A stretch of 64,000 bases of DNA from the human T2T-CHM13v2.0 reference genome, Homo sapiens, in assembly GCF_009914755.1 (NCBI RefSeq), contig NC_060940.1. The stretch is one strand, 5' to 3'. Position numbers and translations under genes: made by a program. The notes below the pieces were generated by a model. The model searched no databases. It saw nothing but the letters and a program-made list of their open reading frames with translations, and had not been told where the DNA came from. Below are positions 39,901 through 52,935 of the stretch, piece after piece (the stretch's first letter is position 1; the number at the start of each line of letters is the position of its first letter).

Positions 39901-42063
39901 GAACCTTCCTTTAGACAGAGCAGATTTGAAAGTCTCTTTCTGTGGAATTTGCAAGTGGAGATTTCAAGCGCTTTGAGGCCAAAAGCAGAAAAGGAAATAT
40001 TTTCCTATAAAAACTCGACAGAATCTTTCTCAGAAACTGCTCTGGGATGTGTGCGTTCAACTCACAGAGTTTAACTTTTCTTTTCATTCAGCAGTTTGGA
40101 AACACTCTGTTTGGAAAGTCTGCACGTGGATATTTTGACCTCTTTGAGGCCTTCGTTGGAAACGGGTTTTTTTCATGTAAGGCTAGACAGAAGAAATCTC
40201 AGTAACTTCCTTGTGTTGTGTGTATTCAACTGACAGAGTTGAACCTTCCTTTAGACAGAGCAGATTCGAAACACTCTTTTTCTGCAATTTGCAAGTGGAG
40301 ACTTCAAGCGCTTTGAGGCCAAAGGCAGAAAAGGAAATATCTTCGTATAAAAACCCGACAGAATCATTCTCAGAAACTGCTCTGTGATGTGTGCGTTCAA
40401 CTCACAGAGTTTAACTTTTCTTTTCATTCAGCAGTTTGGAAACACTCTGTTTGTAAAGTCTGCAAGTGGATATCTTGGCCTCTTAGAGGCCTTCGTTGGA
40501 AACGGGTTTTTTCATGTAAGGATAGACAGAGGAATTCCCAGTAACTTCCTTGTGTTGTGTGCATTCAACTCACAGAGTTGAATGATTCTTTACACAGAGC
40601 AGATTTGAGACACTCTTTTGGTGGAATTTGTAAGTGGAGAATTCAGCCGCTTTGAGGTCAACGGTAGAAAAGGAAATATCTTCGTATAAAAACTAGGCAG
40701 AATGATTCTCAGAAACTGTTTTGTGATGTGTGCGTTCAACTCACAGAGTTTAACCTTTCTTTTCAAAGAGCAGTTAGGAAACACTCTGTTTGTAAAGTCT
40801 GCAAGTGGATATTCAGACCTCTTTGAGGCCTTCGTTGGAAACGGGATTTCTTCATATTATGCTAGACAGATGAATTCTCAGTAACTTCCTTGTGTTGTGT
40901 GTATTCAACTCACAGAGTTGAACGATCCTTTACACAGAGCAGATTTGAAACACTGTTTTTCTGGAATTTGCAAGTGGAGATTTCAGCCGCTTTGAGGTCA
41001 ATGGTAGAAAAGGAAATATCTTCGTATAAAAACTAGACAGAATGATTCTCAGAAACTCCTTTGTGATGTGTGCGTTCAACTCACAGAGTTTAACCTTTCT
41101 TTTCACAGAGCAGTTAGGAAACACTCTGTTTGTGAAGCCTGCCAGTGGATATTCGGACCTCTTTGAGGCCTTCGTTGGAAACGGGATTTCTTCATATTAT
41201 GCTAGACAGAAGATTTCTCAGTAACTTCTTTGTGTTGTGTGTATGCAACTCACAGAGTTCAACCTTCCTTTAGACAGAGCAGACTTGAAACACTCTTTTT
41301 GTGGAATTTGCAAGTGGAGATTTCAAGCGCTTCGATGCCAATGGTAGAAAAGGAAATATCTTCGTATAAAAACAAGACAAACTCGTTCCCAGACACTGCG
41401 TAGTGATGTGTGTGTTTAACTCACAGAGTTTCACCTTTCTTTTCATACAGCATTCTGGAAACCCTCTGTTTGTAAAGTCTGCAAGTGGATACTTGGACCT
41501 CTTAGATGCCTTCGTTGGAAACGGGATTTCTTCATATAATGCTAGAGGGAAGAATTCTTAGTAACTTCTTTGTGTTGTGTGTATTCAACTGACAGAGTTG
41601 AACCTTCCTTTAGACAGAGCAGATTTGAAAGTCTCTTTTTGTGGAATTTGCAAGTGGAGATTTCAAGCGCTTTGAGGCCAAAAGCAGAAAAGGAAATATT
41701 TTCCTATAAAAACTAGACAGAATCTTTCTCAGAAACTGCTCTGGGATGTGTGCGTTCAACTCACAGAGTTTAACTTTTCTTTTCATTCAGCAGTTTGGAA
41801 ACACTCTGTTTGGAAAGTCTGCACGTGGATATTTTGACCTCTTTGAGGCCTTCGTTGGAAACGGGTTTTTTTCATGTAAGGCTAGACAGAAGAAATCTCA
41901 GTAACTTCCTTGTGTTGTGTGTATTCAACTGACAGAGTTGAACCTTCCTTTAGACAGAGCAGATTCGAAACACTCTTTTTCTGCAATTTGCAAGTGGAGA
42001 CTTCAAGCGCTTTGAGGCCAAAGGCAGAAAAGGAAATATCTTCGTATAAAAACCCGACAGAAT

Positions 42064-43422
42064 CATTCTCAGAAACTGCTCTGTGATGTGTGCGTTCAAC
42101 TCACAGAGTTTAACTTTTCTTTTCATTCAGCAGTTTGGAAACACTCTGTTTGTAAAGTCTGCAAGTGGATATCTTGGCCTCTTAGAGGCCTTCGTTGGAA
42201 ACGGGTTTTTTCATGTAAGGTTAGACAGAGGAATTCCCAGTAACTTCCTTGTGTTGTGTGCATTCAACTCACAGAGTTGAATGATTCTTTACACAGAGCA
42301 GATTTGAGACACTCTTTTGGTGGAATTTGTAAGTGGAGAATTCAGCCGCTTTGAGGTCAACGGTAGAAAAGGAAATATCTTCGTATAAAAACTAGACAGA
42401 ATGATTCTCAGAAACTGTTTTGTGATGTGTGCGTTCAACTCACAGAGTTTAACCTTTCTTTTCAAAGAGCAGTTAGGAAACACTCTGTTTGTAAAGTCTG
42501 CAAGTGGATATTCAGACCTCTTTGAGGCCTTCGTTGGAAACGGGATTTCTTCATATTATGCTAGACAGATGAATTCTCAGTAACTTCCTTGTGTTGTGTG
42601 TATTCAACTCACAGAGTTCAACCTTCCTTTAGACAGAGCAGATTTGAAACACTCTTTTTGTGGAATTTGCAAGTGGAGATTTCAAGTGCTTCGATGCCAA
42701 TGGTAGAAAAGGAAATATCTTCGTATAAAAACAAGACAAACTCGTTCCCAGACACTGCGTAGTGATGTGTGTGTTTAACTCACAGAGTTTAACCTTTCTT
42801 TTCATACAGCATTCTGGAAACCCTCTGTTTGTACAGTCTGCAAGTGGATATTTGGACCTCTTAGATGCCTTCGTTGGAAACGGGATTTCTTCATATAATG
42901 CTAGAGGGAAGAATTCTTAGTAACTTCTTTGTGTTGTGTGTATTCAACTGACAGAGTTGAACCTTCCTTTAGACAGAGCAGATTTGAAAGTCTCTTTTTG
43001 TGGAATTTGCAAGTGGAGATTTCAAGCGCTTTGAGGCCAAAAGCAGAAAAGGAAATATTTTCCTATAAAAACTAGACAGAATCTTTCTCAGAAACTGCTC
43101 TGGGATGTGTGCGTTCAACTCACAGAGTTTAACTTTTCTTTTCATTCAGCAGTTTGGAAACACTCTGTTTGGAAAGTCTGCACGTGGATATTTTGACCTC
43201 TTTGAGGCCTTCGTTGGAAACGGGTTTTTTTCATGTAAGGCTAGACAGAAGAAATCTCAGTAACTTCCTTGTGTTGTGTGTATTCAACTGACAGAGTTGA
43301 ACCTTCCTTTAGACAGAGCAGATTCGAAACACTCTTTTTCTGCAATTTGCAAGTGGAGACTTCAAGCGCTTTGAGGCCAAAGGCAGAAAAGGGAATATCT
43401 TCGTATAAAAACCCGACAGAAT
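42064..43422 (+). repeat. 8-mer class Z (m4/m6 hybrid, m5 lost)
   Basis: m4 start (gatgaattctcagtaacttcc...tattc) joined to m6 body (ttcaaccttcc...cttcgatgcc) within 42605-42618. Confidence 0.93.
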
Positions 43423-46400
43423 CATTCTCAGAAACTGCTCTGTGATGTGTGCGTTCAACTCACAGAGTTTAACTTTTCTTTTCATTCAGCAGTTTGGAAA
43501 CACTCTGTTTGTAAAGTCTGCAAGTGGATATCTTGGCCTCTTAGAGGCCTTCGTTGGAAACGGGTTTTTTCATGTAAGGATAGACAGAGGAATTCCCAGT
43601 AACTTCCTTGTGTTGTGTGCATTCAACTCACAGAGTTGAATGATTCTTTACACAGAGCAGATTTGAGACACTCTTTTGGTGGAATTTGTAAGTGGAGAAT
43701 TCAGCCGCTTTGAGGTCAACGGTAGAAAAGGAAATATCTTCGTATAAAAACTAGACAGAATGATTCTCAGAAACTGTTTTGTGATGTGTGCGTTCAACTC
43801 ACAGAGTTTAACCTTTCTTTTCAAAGAGCAGTTAGGAAACACTCTGTTTGTAAAGTCTGCAAGTGGATATTCAGACCTCTTTGAGGCCTTCGTTGGAAAC
43901 GGGATTTCTTCATATTATGCTAGACAGATGAATTCTCAGTAACTTCCTTGTGTTGTGTGTATTCAACTCACAGAGTTGAACGATCCTTTACACAGAGCAG
44001 ATTTGAAACACTGTTTTTCTGGAATTTGCAAGTGGAGATTTCAGCCGCTTTGAGGTCAATGGTAGAAAAGGAAATATCTTCGTATAAAAACTAGACAGAA
44101 TGATTCTCAGAAACTCCTTTGTGATGTGTGCGTTCAACTCACAGAGTTTAACCTTTCTTTTCACAGAGCAGTTAGGAAACACTCTGTTTGTGAAGCCTGC
44201 CAGTGGATATTCGGACCTCTTTGAGGCCTTCGTTGGAAACGGGATTTCTTCATATTATGCTAGACAGAAGATTTCTCAGTAACTTCTTTGGGTTGTGTGT
44301 ATGCAACTCACAGAGTTCAACCTTCCTTTAGACAGAGCAGATTTGAAACACTCTTTTTGTGGAATTTGCAAGTGGAGATTTCAAGCGCTTCGATGCCAAT
44401 GGTAGAAAAGGAAATATCTTCGTATAAAAACAAGACAAACTCGTTCCCAGACACTGCGTAGTGATGTGTGTGTTTAACTCACAGAGTTTAACCTTTCTTT
44501 TCATACAGCATTCTGGAAACCCTGTGTTTGTAAAGTCTGCAAGTGGATATTTGGACCTCTTAGATGCCTTCGTTGGAAACGGGATTTCTTCATATAATGC
44601 TAGAGGGAAGAATTCTTAGTAACTTCTTTGTGTTGTGTGTATTCAACTGACAGAGTTGAACCTTCCTTTAGACAGAGCAGATTTGAAAGTCTCTTTTTGT
44701 GGAATTTGCAAGTGGAGATTTCAAGCGCTTTGAGGCCAAAAGCAGAAAAGGAAATATTTTCCTATAAAAACTAGACAGAATCTTTCTCAGAAACTGCTCT
44801 GGGATGTGTGCGTTCAACTCACAGAGTTTAACTTTTCTTTTCATTCAGCAGTTTGGAAACACTCTGTTTGGAAAGTCTGCACGTGGATATTTTGACCTCT
44901 TTGAGGCCTTCGTTGGAAACGGGTTTTTTTCATGTAAGGCTAGACAGAAGAAATCTCAGTAACTTCCTTGTGTTGTGTGTATTCAACTGACAGAGTTGAA
45001 CCTTCCTTTAGACAGAGCAGATTCGAAACACTCTTTTTCTGCAATTTGCAAGTGGAGACTTCAAGCGCTTTGAGGCCAAAGGCAGAAAAGGAAATATCTT
45101 CGTATAAAAACCCGACAGAATCATTCTCAGAAACTGCTCTGTGATGTGTGCGTTCAACTCACAGAGTTTAACTTTTCTTTTCATTCAGCAGTTTGGAAAC
45201 ACTCTGTTTGTAAAGTCTGCAAGTGGATATCTTGGCCTCTTAGAGGCCTTCGTTGGAAACGGGTTTTATCATGTAAGGTTAGACAGAGGAATTCCCACTA
45301 ACTTCCTTGTGTTGTGTGCATTCAACTCACAGAGTTGAATGATTCTTTACACAGAGCAGATTTGAGACACTCTTTTGGTGGAATTTGTAAGTGGAGAATT
45401 CAGCCGCTTTGATGTCAACGGTAGAAAAGGAAAGATCTTCCTATAAAAACTAGACAGAATGATTCTCAGAAACTGTTTTGTGATGTGTGCTTTCAACTCA
45501 CAGAGTTTAACCTTTCTTTTCAAAGAGCAGTTAGGAAACACTCTGTTTGTAAAGTCTGCAAGTGGATATTCAGACCTCTTTGAGGCCTTCGTTGGAAACG
45601 GGATTTCTTCATATTATGCTAGACAGATGAATTCTCAGTAACTTCCTTGTGTTGTGTGTATTCAACTCACAGAGTTGAACGATCCTTTACACAGAGCAGA
45701 TTTGAAACACTGTTTTTCTGGAATTTGCAAGTGGAGATTTCAGCCGCTTTGAGGTCAATGGTAGAAAAGGAAATATCTTCGTATAAAAACTAGACAGAAT
45801 GATTCTCAGAAACTCCTTTGTGATGTGTGCGTTCAACTCACAGAGTTTAACCTTTCTTTTCACAGAGCAGTTAGGAAACACTCTGTTTGTGAAGCCTGCC
45901 AGTGGATATTCGGACCTCTTTGAGGCCTTCGTTGGAAACGGGATTTCTTCATATTATGCTAGACAGAAGATTTCTCAGTAACTTCTTTGTGTTGTGTGTA
46001 TGCAACTCACAGAGTTCAACCTTCCTTTAGACAGAGCAGATTTGAAACACTCTTTTTGTGGAATTTGCAAGTGGAGATTTCAAGCGCTTCGATGCCAATG
46101 GTAGAAAAGGAAATATCTTCGTATAAAAACAAGACAAACTCGTTCCCAGACACTGCGTAGTGATGTGTGTGTTTAACTCACAGAGTTTAACCTTTCTTTT
46201 CATACAGCATTCTGGAAACCCTGTGTTTGTAAAGTCTGCAAGTGGATATTTGGACCTCTTAGATGCCTTCGTTGGAAACGGGATTTCTTCATATAATGCT
46301 AGAGGGAAGAATTCTTAGTAACTTCTTTGTGTTGTGTGTATTCAACTGACAGAGTTGAACCTTCCTTTAGACAGAGCAGATTTGAAAGTCTCTTTCTGTG

Positions 46401-48519
46401 GAATTTGCAAGTGGAGATTTCAAGCGCTTTGAGGCCAAAAGCAGAAAAGGAAATATTTTCCTATAAAAACTCGACAGAATCTTTCTCAGAAACTGCTCTG
46501 GGATGTGTGCGTTCAACTCACAGAGTTTAACTTTTCTTTTCATTCAGCAGTTTGGAAACACTCTGTTTGGAAAGTCTGCACGTGGATATTTTGACCTCTT
46601 TGAGGCCTTCGTTGGAAACGGGTTTTTTTCATGTAAGGCTAGACAGAAGAAATCTCAGTAACTTCCTTGTGTTGTGTGTATTCAACTGACAGAGTTGAAC
46701 CTTCCTTTAGACAGAGCAGATTCGAAACACTCTTTTTCTGCAATTTGCAAGTGGAGACTTCAAGCGCTTTGAGGCCAAAGGCAGAAAAGGAAATATCTTC
46801 GTATAAAAACCCGACAGAATCATTCTCAGAAACTGCTCTGTGATGTGTGCGTTCAACTCACAGAGTTTAACTTTTCTTTTCATTCAGCAGTTTGGAAACA
46901 CTCTGTTTGTAAAGTCTGCAAGTGGATATCTCGGCCTCTTAGAGGCCTTCGCTGGAAGCGAGTTTTTTCATGTAAGGATAGACAGAGGAATTCCCAGTAA
47001 CTTCCTTGTGTTGTGTGCATTCAACTCACAGAGTTGAATGATTCTTTACACAGAGCACATTTGAGACACTCTTTTGGTGGAATTTGTAAGTGGAGAATTC
47101 AGCCGCTTTGAGGTCAACGATAGAAAAGCAAATATCTTCGTTTAAAAACTAGACAGAATGATTCTCAGAAACTGTTTTGTGATGTGTGCGTTCAACTCAC
47201 AGAGTTTAACCTTTCTTTTCAAAGAGCAGTTAGGAAACACTCTGTTTGTAAAGTCTGCAAGTGGATATTCAGACCTCTTTGAGGCCTTCGTTGGAAACGG
47301 GATTTCTTCATATTATGCTAGACAGATGAATTCTCAGTAACTTCCTTGTGTTGTGTGTATTCAACTCACAGAGTTAAACGATCCTTTACACAGAGCAGAT
47401 TTGAAACACTGTTTTTCTGGAATTTGCAAGTGGAGATTTCAGCCCCTTTGAGGTCAATGGTAGAAAAGGAAATATCTTCGTATAAAAACTAGACAGAATG
47501 ATTCTCAGAAACTCCTTTGTGATGTGTGCGTTCAACTCACAGAGTTTAACCTTTCTTTTCACAGAGCAGTTAGGAAACACTCTGTTTGTGAAGCCTGCCA
47601 GTGGATATTCGGACCTCTTTGAGGCCTTCGTTGGAAACGGGATTTCTTCATATTATGCTAGACAGAAGATTTCTCAGTAACTTCTTTGGGTTGTGTGTAT
47701 GCAACTCACAGAGTTCAACCTTCCTTTAGACAGAGCAGATTTGAAACACTCTTTTTGTGGAATTTGCAAGTGGAGATTTCAAGCGCTTCGATGCCAATGG
47801 TAGAAAAGGAAATATCTTCGTATAAAAACAAGACAAACTCGTTCCCAGACACTGCGTAGTGATGTGTGTGTTTAACTCACAGAGTTTAACCTTTCTTTTC
47901 ATACAGCATTCTGGAAACCCTGTGTTTGTAAAGTCTGCAAGTGGATATTTGGACCTCTTAGATGCCTTCGTTGGAAACGGGATTTCTTCATATAATGCTA
48001 GAGGGAAGAATTCTTAGTAACTTCTTTGTGTTGTGTGTATTCAACTGACAGAGTTGAACCTTCCTTTAGACAGAGCAGATTTGAAAGTCTCTTTTTGTGG
48101 AATTTGCAAGTGGAGATTTCAAGCGCTTTGAGGCCAAAAGCAGAAAAGGAAATATTTTCCTATAAAAACTCGACAGAATCTTTCTCAGAAACTGCTCTGG
48201 GACGTGTGCGTTCAACTCACAGAGTTTAACTTTTCTTTTCATTCAGCAGTTTGGAAACACTCTGTTTGGAAAGTCTGCAGGTGGATATTTTGACCTCTTT
48301 GAGGCCTTCGTTGGAAACGGGTTTTTTTCATGTAAGGCTAGACAGAAGAAATCTCAGTAACTTCCTTGTGTTGTGTGTATTCAACTGACAGAGTTGAACC
48401 TTCCTTTAGACAGAGCAGATTCGAAACACTCTTTTTCTGCAATTTGCAAGTGGAGACTTCAAGCGCTTTGAGGCCAAAGGCAGAAAAGGAAATATCTTCG
48501 TATAAAAACCCGACAGAAT

Positions 48520-49877
48520 CATTCTCAGAAACTGCTCTGTGATGTGTGCGTTCAACTCACAGAGTTTAACTTTTCTTTTCATTCAGCAGTTTGGAAACAC
48601 TCTGTTTGTAAAGTCTGCAAGTGGATATCTTGGCCTCTTAGAGGCCTTCGTTGGAAACGGGTTTTTTCATGTAAGGTTAGACAGAGGAATTCCCAGTAAC
48701 TTCCTTGTGTTGTGTGCATTCAACTCACAGAGTTGAATGATTCTTTACACAGAGCAGATTTGAGACACTCTTTTGGTGGAATTTGTAAGTGGAGAATTCA
48801 GCCGCTTTGAGGTCAACGGTAGAAAAGGAAATATCTTCGTATAAAAACTAGACAGAATGATTCTCAGAAACTCCTTTGTGATGTGTGCGTTCAACTCACA
48901 GAGTTTAACCTTTCTTTTCACAGAGCAGTTAGGAAACACTCTGTTTGTGAAGCCTGCCAGTGGATATTCGGACCTCTTTGAGGCCTTCGTTGGAAACGGG
49001 ATTTCTTCATATTATGCTAGACAGAAGATTTCTCAGTAACTTCTTTGTGTTGTGTGTATGCAACTCACAGAGTTCAACCTTCCTTTAGACAGAGCAGATT
49101 TGAAACACTCTTTTTGTGGAATTTGCAAGTGGAGATTTCAAGCGCTTCGATGCCAATGGTAGAAAAGGAAATATCTTCGTATAAAAACAAGACAAACTCG
49201 TTCCCAGACACTGCGTAGTGATGTGTGTGTTTAACTCACAGAGTTTAACCTTTCTTTTCATACAGCATTCTGGAAACCCTGTGTTTGTAAAGTCTGCAAG
49301 TGGATATTTGGACCTCTTAGATGCCTTCGTTGGAAACGGGATTTCTTCATATAATGCTAGAGGGAAGAATTCTTAGTAACTTCTTTGTGTTGTGTGTATT
49401 CAACTGACAGAGTTAAACCTTCTTTAGACAGAGCAGATTTGAAAGTCTCTTTCTGTGGAATTTGCAAGTGGAGATTTCAAGCGCTTTGAGGCCAAAAGCA
49501 GAAAAGGAAATATTTTCCTATAAAAACTCGACAGAATCTTTCTCAGAAACTGCTCTGGGATGTGTGCGTTCAACTCACAGAGTTTAACTTTTCTTTTCAT
49601 TCAGCAGTTTGGAAACACTCTGTTTGGAAAGTCTGCACGTGGATATTTTGACCTCTTTGAGGCCTTCGTTGGAAACGGGTTTTTTTCATGTAAGGCTAGA
49701 CAGAAGAAATCTCAGTAACTTCCTTGTGTTGTGTGTATTCAACTGACAGAGTTGAACCTTCCTTTAGACAGAGCAGATTCGAAACACTCTTTTTCTGCAA
49801 TTTGCAAGTGGAGACTTCAAGCGCTTTGAGGCCAAAGGCAGAAAAGGAAATATCTTCGTATAAAAACCCGACAGAAT
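48520..49877 (+). repeat. 8-mer class X with the same 1-bp deletion (1358 bp)
   Basis: m2-m5 junction; gttaaaccttctttag near 49412-49427. Confidence 0.93.
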
Positions 49878-51576
49878 CATTCTCAGAAACTGCTCTGTGA
49901 TGTGTGCGTTCAACTCACAGAGTTTAACTTTTCTTTTCATTCAGCAGTTTGGAAACACTCTGTTTGTAAAGTCTGCAAGTGGATATCTTGGCCTCTTAGA
50001 GGCCTTCGTTGGAAACGGGTTTTTTCATGTAAGGATAGACAGAGGAATTCCCAGTAACTTCCTTGTGTTGTGTGCATTCAACTCACAGAGTTGAATGATT
50101 CTTTACACAGAGCAGATTTGAGACACTCTTTTGGTGGAATTTGTAAGTGGAGAATTCAGCCGCTTTGAGGTCAACGGTAGAAAAGGAAATATCTTCGTAT
50201 AAAAACTAGGCAGAATGATTCTCAGAAACTGTTTTGTGATGTGTGCGTTCAACTCACAGAGTTTAACCTTTCTTTTCAAAGAGCAGTTAGGAAACACTCT
50301 GTTTGTAAAGTCTGCAAGTGGATATTCAGACCTCTTTGAGGCCTTCGTTGGAAACGGGATTTCTTCATATTATGCTAGACAGATGAATTCTCAGTAACTT
50401 CCTTGTGTTGTGTGTATTCAACTCACAGAGTTGAACGATCCTTTACACAGAGCAGATTTGAAACACTGTTTTTCTGGAATTTGCAAGTGGAGATTTCAGC
50501 CGCTTTGAGGTCAATGGTAGAAAAGGAAATATCTTCGTATAAAAACTAGACAGAATGATTCTCAGAAACTCCTTTGTGATGTGTGCGTTCAACTCACAGA
50601 GTTTAACCTTTCTTTTCACAGAGCAGTTAGGAAACACTCTGTTTGTGAAGCCTGCCAGTGGATATTCGGACCTCTTTGAGGCCTTCGTTGGAAACGGGAT
50701 TTCTTCATATTATGCTAGACAGAAGATTTCTCAGTAACTTCTTTGTGTTGTGTGTATGCAACTCACAGAGTTCAACCTTCCTTTAGACAGAGCAGATTTG
50801 AAACACTCTTTTTGTGGAATTTGCAAGTGGAGATTTCAAGCGCTTCGATGCCAATGGTAGAAAAGGAAATATCTTCGTATAAAAACAAGACAAACTCGTT
50901 CCCAGACACTGCGTAGTGATGTGTGTGTTTAACTCACAGAGTTTCACCTTTCTTTTCATACAGCATTCTGGAAACCCTCTGTTTGTAAAGTCTGCAAGTG
51001 GATACTTGGACCTCTTAGATGCCTTCGTTGGAAACGGGATTTCTTCATATAATGCTAGAGGGAAGAATTCTTAGTAACTTCTTTGTGTTGTGTGTATTCA
51101 ACTGACAGAGTTGAACCTTCCTTTAGACAGAGCAGATTTGAAAGTCTCTTTTTGTGGAATTTGCAAGTGGAGATTTCAAGCGCTTTGAGGCCAAAAGCAG
51201 AAAAGGAAATATTTTCCTATAAAAACTAGACAGAATCTTTCTCAGAAACTGCTCTGGGATGTGTGCGTTCAACTCACAGAGTTTAACTTTTCTTTTCATT
51301 CAGCAGTTTGGAAACACTCTGTTTGGAAAGTCTGCACGTGGATATTTTGACCTCTTTGAGGCCTTCGTTGGAAACGGGTTTTTTTCATGTAAGGCTAGAC
51401 AGAAGAAATCTCAGTAACTTCCTTGTGTTGTGTGTATTCAACTGACAGAGTTGAACCTTCCTTTAGACAGAGCAGATTCGAAACACTCTTTTTCTGCAAT
51501 TTGCAAGTGGAGACTTCAAGCGCTTTGAGGCCAAAGGCAGAAAAGGAAATATCTTCGTATAAAAACCCGACAGAAT

Positions 51577-52935
51577 CATTCTCAGAAACTGCTCTGTGAT
51601 GTGTGCGTTCAACTCACAGAGTTTAACTTTTCTTTTCATTCAGCAGTTTGGAAACACTCTGTTTGTAAAGTCTGCAAGTGGATATCTTGGCCTCTTAGAG
51701 GCCTTCGTTGGAAACGGGTTTTTTCATGTAAGGTTAGACAGAGGAATTCCCAGTAACTTCCTTGTGTTGTGTGCATTCAACTCACAGAGTTGAATGATTC
51801 TTTACACAGAGCAGATTTGAGACACTCTTTTGGTGGAATTTGTAAGTGGAGAATTCAGCCGCTTTGAGGTCAACGGTAGAAAAGGAAATATCTTCGTATA
51901 AAAACTAGACAGAATGATTCTCAGAAACTGTTTTGTGATGTGTGCGTTCAACTCACAGAGTTTAACCTTTCTTTTCAAAGAGCAGTTAGGAAACACTCTG
52001 TTTGTAAAGTCTGCAAGTGGATATTCAGACCTCTTTGAGGCCTTCGTTGGAAACGGGATTTCTTCATATTATGCTAGACAGATGAATTCTCAGTAACTTC
52101 CTTGTGTTGTGTGTATTCAACTCACAGAGTTCAACCTTCCTTTAGACAGAGCAGATTTGAAACACTCTTTTTGTGGAATTTGCAAGTGGAGATTTCAAGC
52201 GCTTCGATGCCAATGGTAGAAAAGGAAATATCTTCGTATAAAAACAAGACAAACTCGTTCCCAGACACTGCGTAGTGATGTGTGTGTTTAACTCACAGAG
52301 TTTAACCTTTCTTTTCATACAGCATTCTGGAAACCCTCTGTTTGTACAGTCCGCAAGTGGATATTTGGACCTCTTAGATGCCTTCGTTGGAAACGGGATT
52401 TCTTCATATAATGCTAGAGGGAAGAATTCTTAGTAACTTCTTTGTGTTGTGTGTATTCAACTGACAGAGTTGAACCTTCCTTTAGACAGAGCAGATTTGA
52501 AAGTCTCTTTTTGTGGAATTTGCAAGTGGAGATTTCAAGCGCTTTGAGGCCAAAAGCAGAAAAGGAAATATTTTCCTATAAAAACTAGACAGAATCTTTC
52601 TCAGAAACTGCTCTGGGATGTGTGCGTTCAACTCACAGAGTTTAACTTTTCTTTTCATTCAGCAGTTTGGAAACACTCTGTTTGGAAAGTCTGCACGTGG
52701 ATATTTTGACCTCTTTGAGGCCTTCGTTGGAAACGGGTTTTTTTCATGTAAGGCTAGACAGAAGAAATCTCAGTAACTTCCTTGTGTTGTGTGTATTCAA
52801 CTGACAGAGTTGAACCTTCCTTTAGACAGAGCAGATTCGAAACACTCTTTTTCTGCAATTTGCAAGTGGAGACTTCAAGCGCTTTGAGGCCAAAGGCAGA
52901 AAAGGGAATATCTTCGTATAAAAACCCGACAGAAT
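51577..52935 (+). repeat. 8-mer class Z
   Basis: m4/m6 junction within 52118-52131. Confidence 0.93.
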
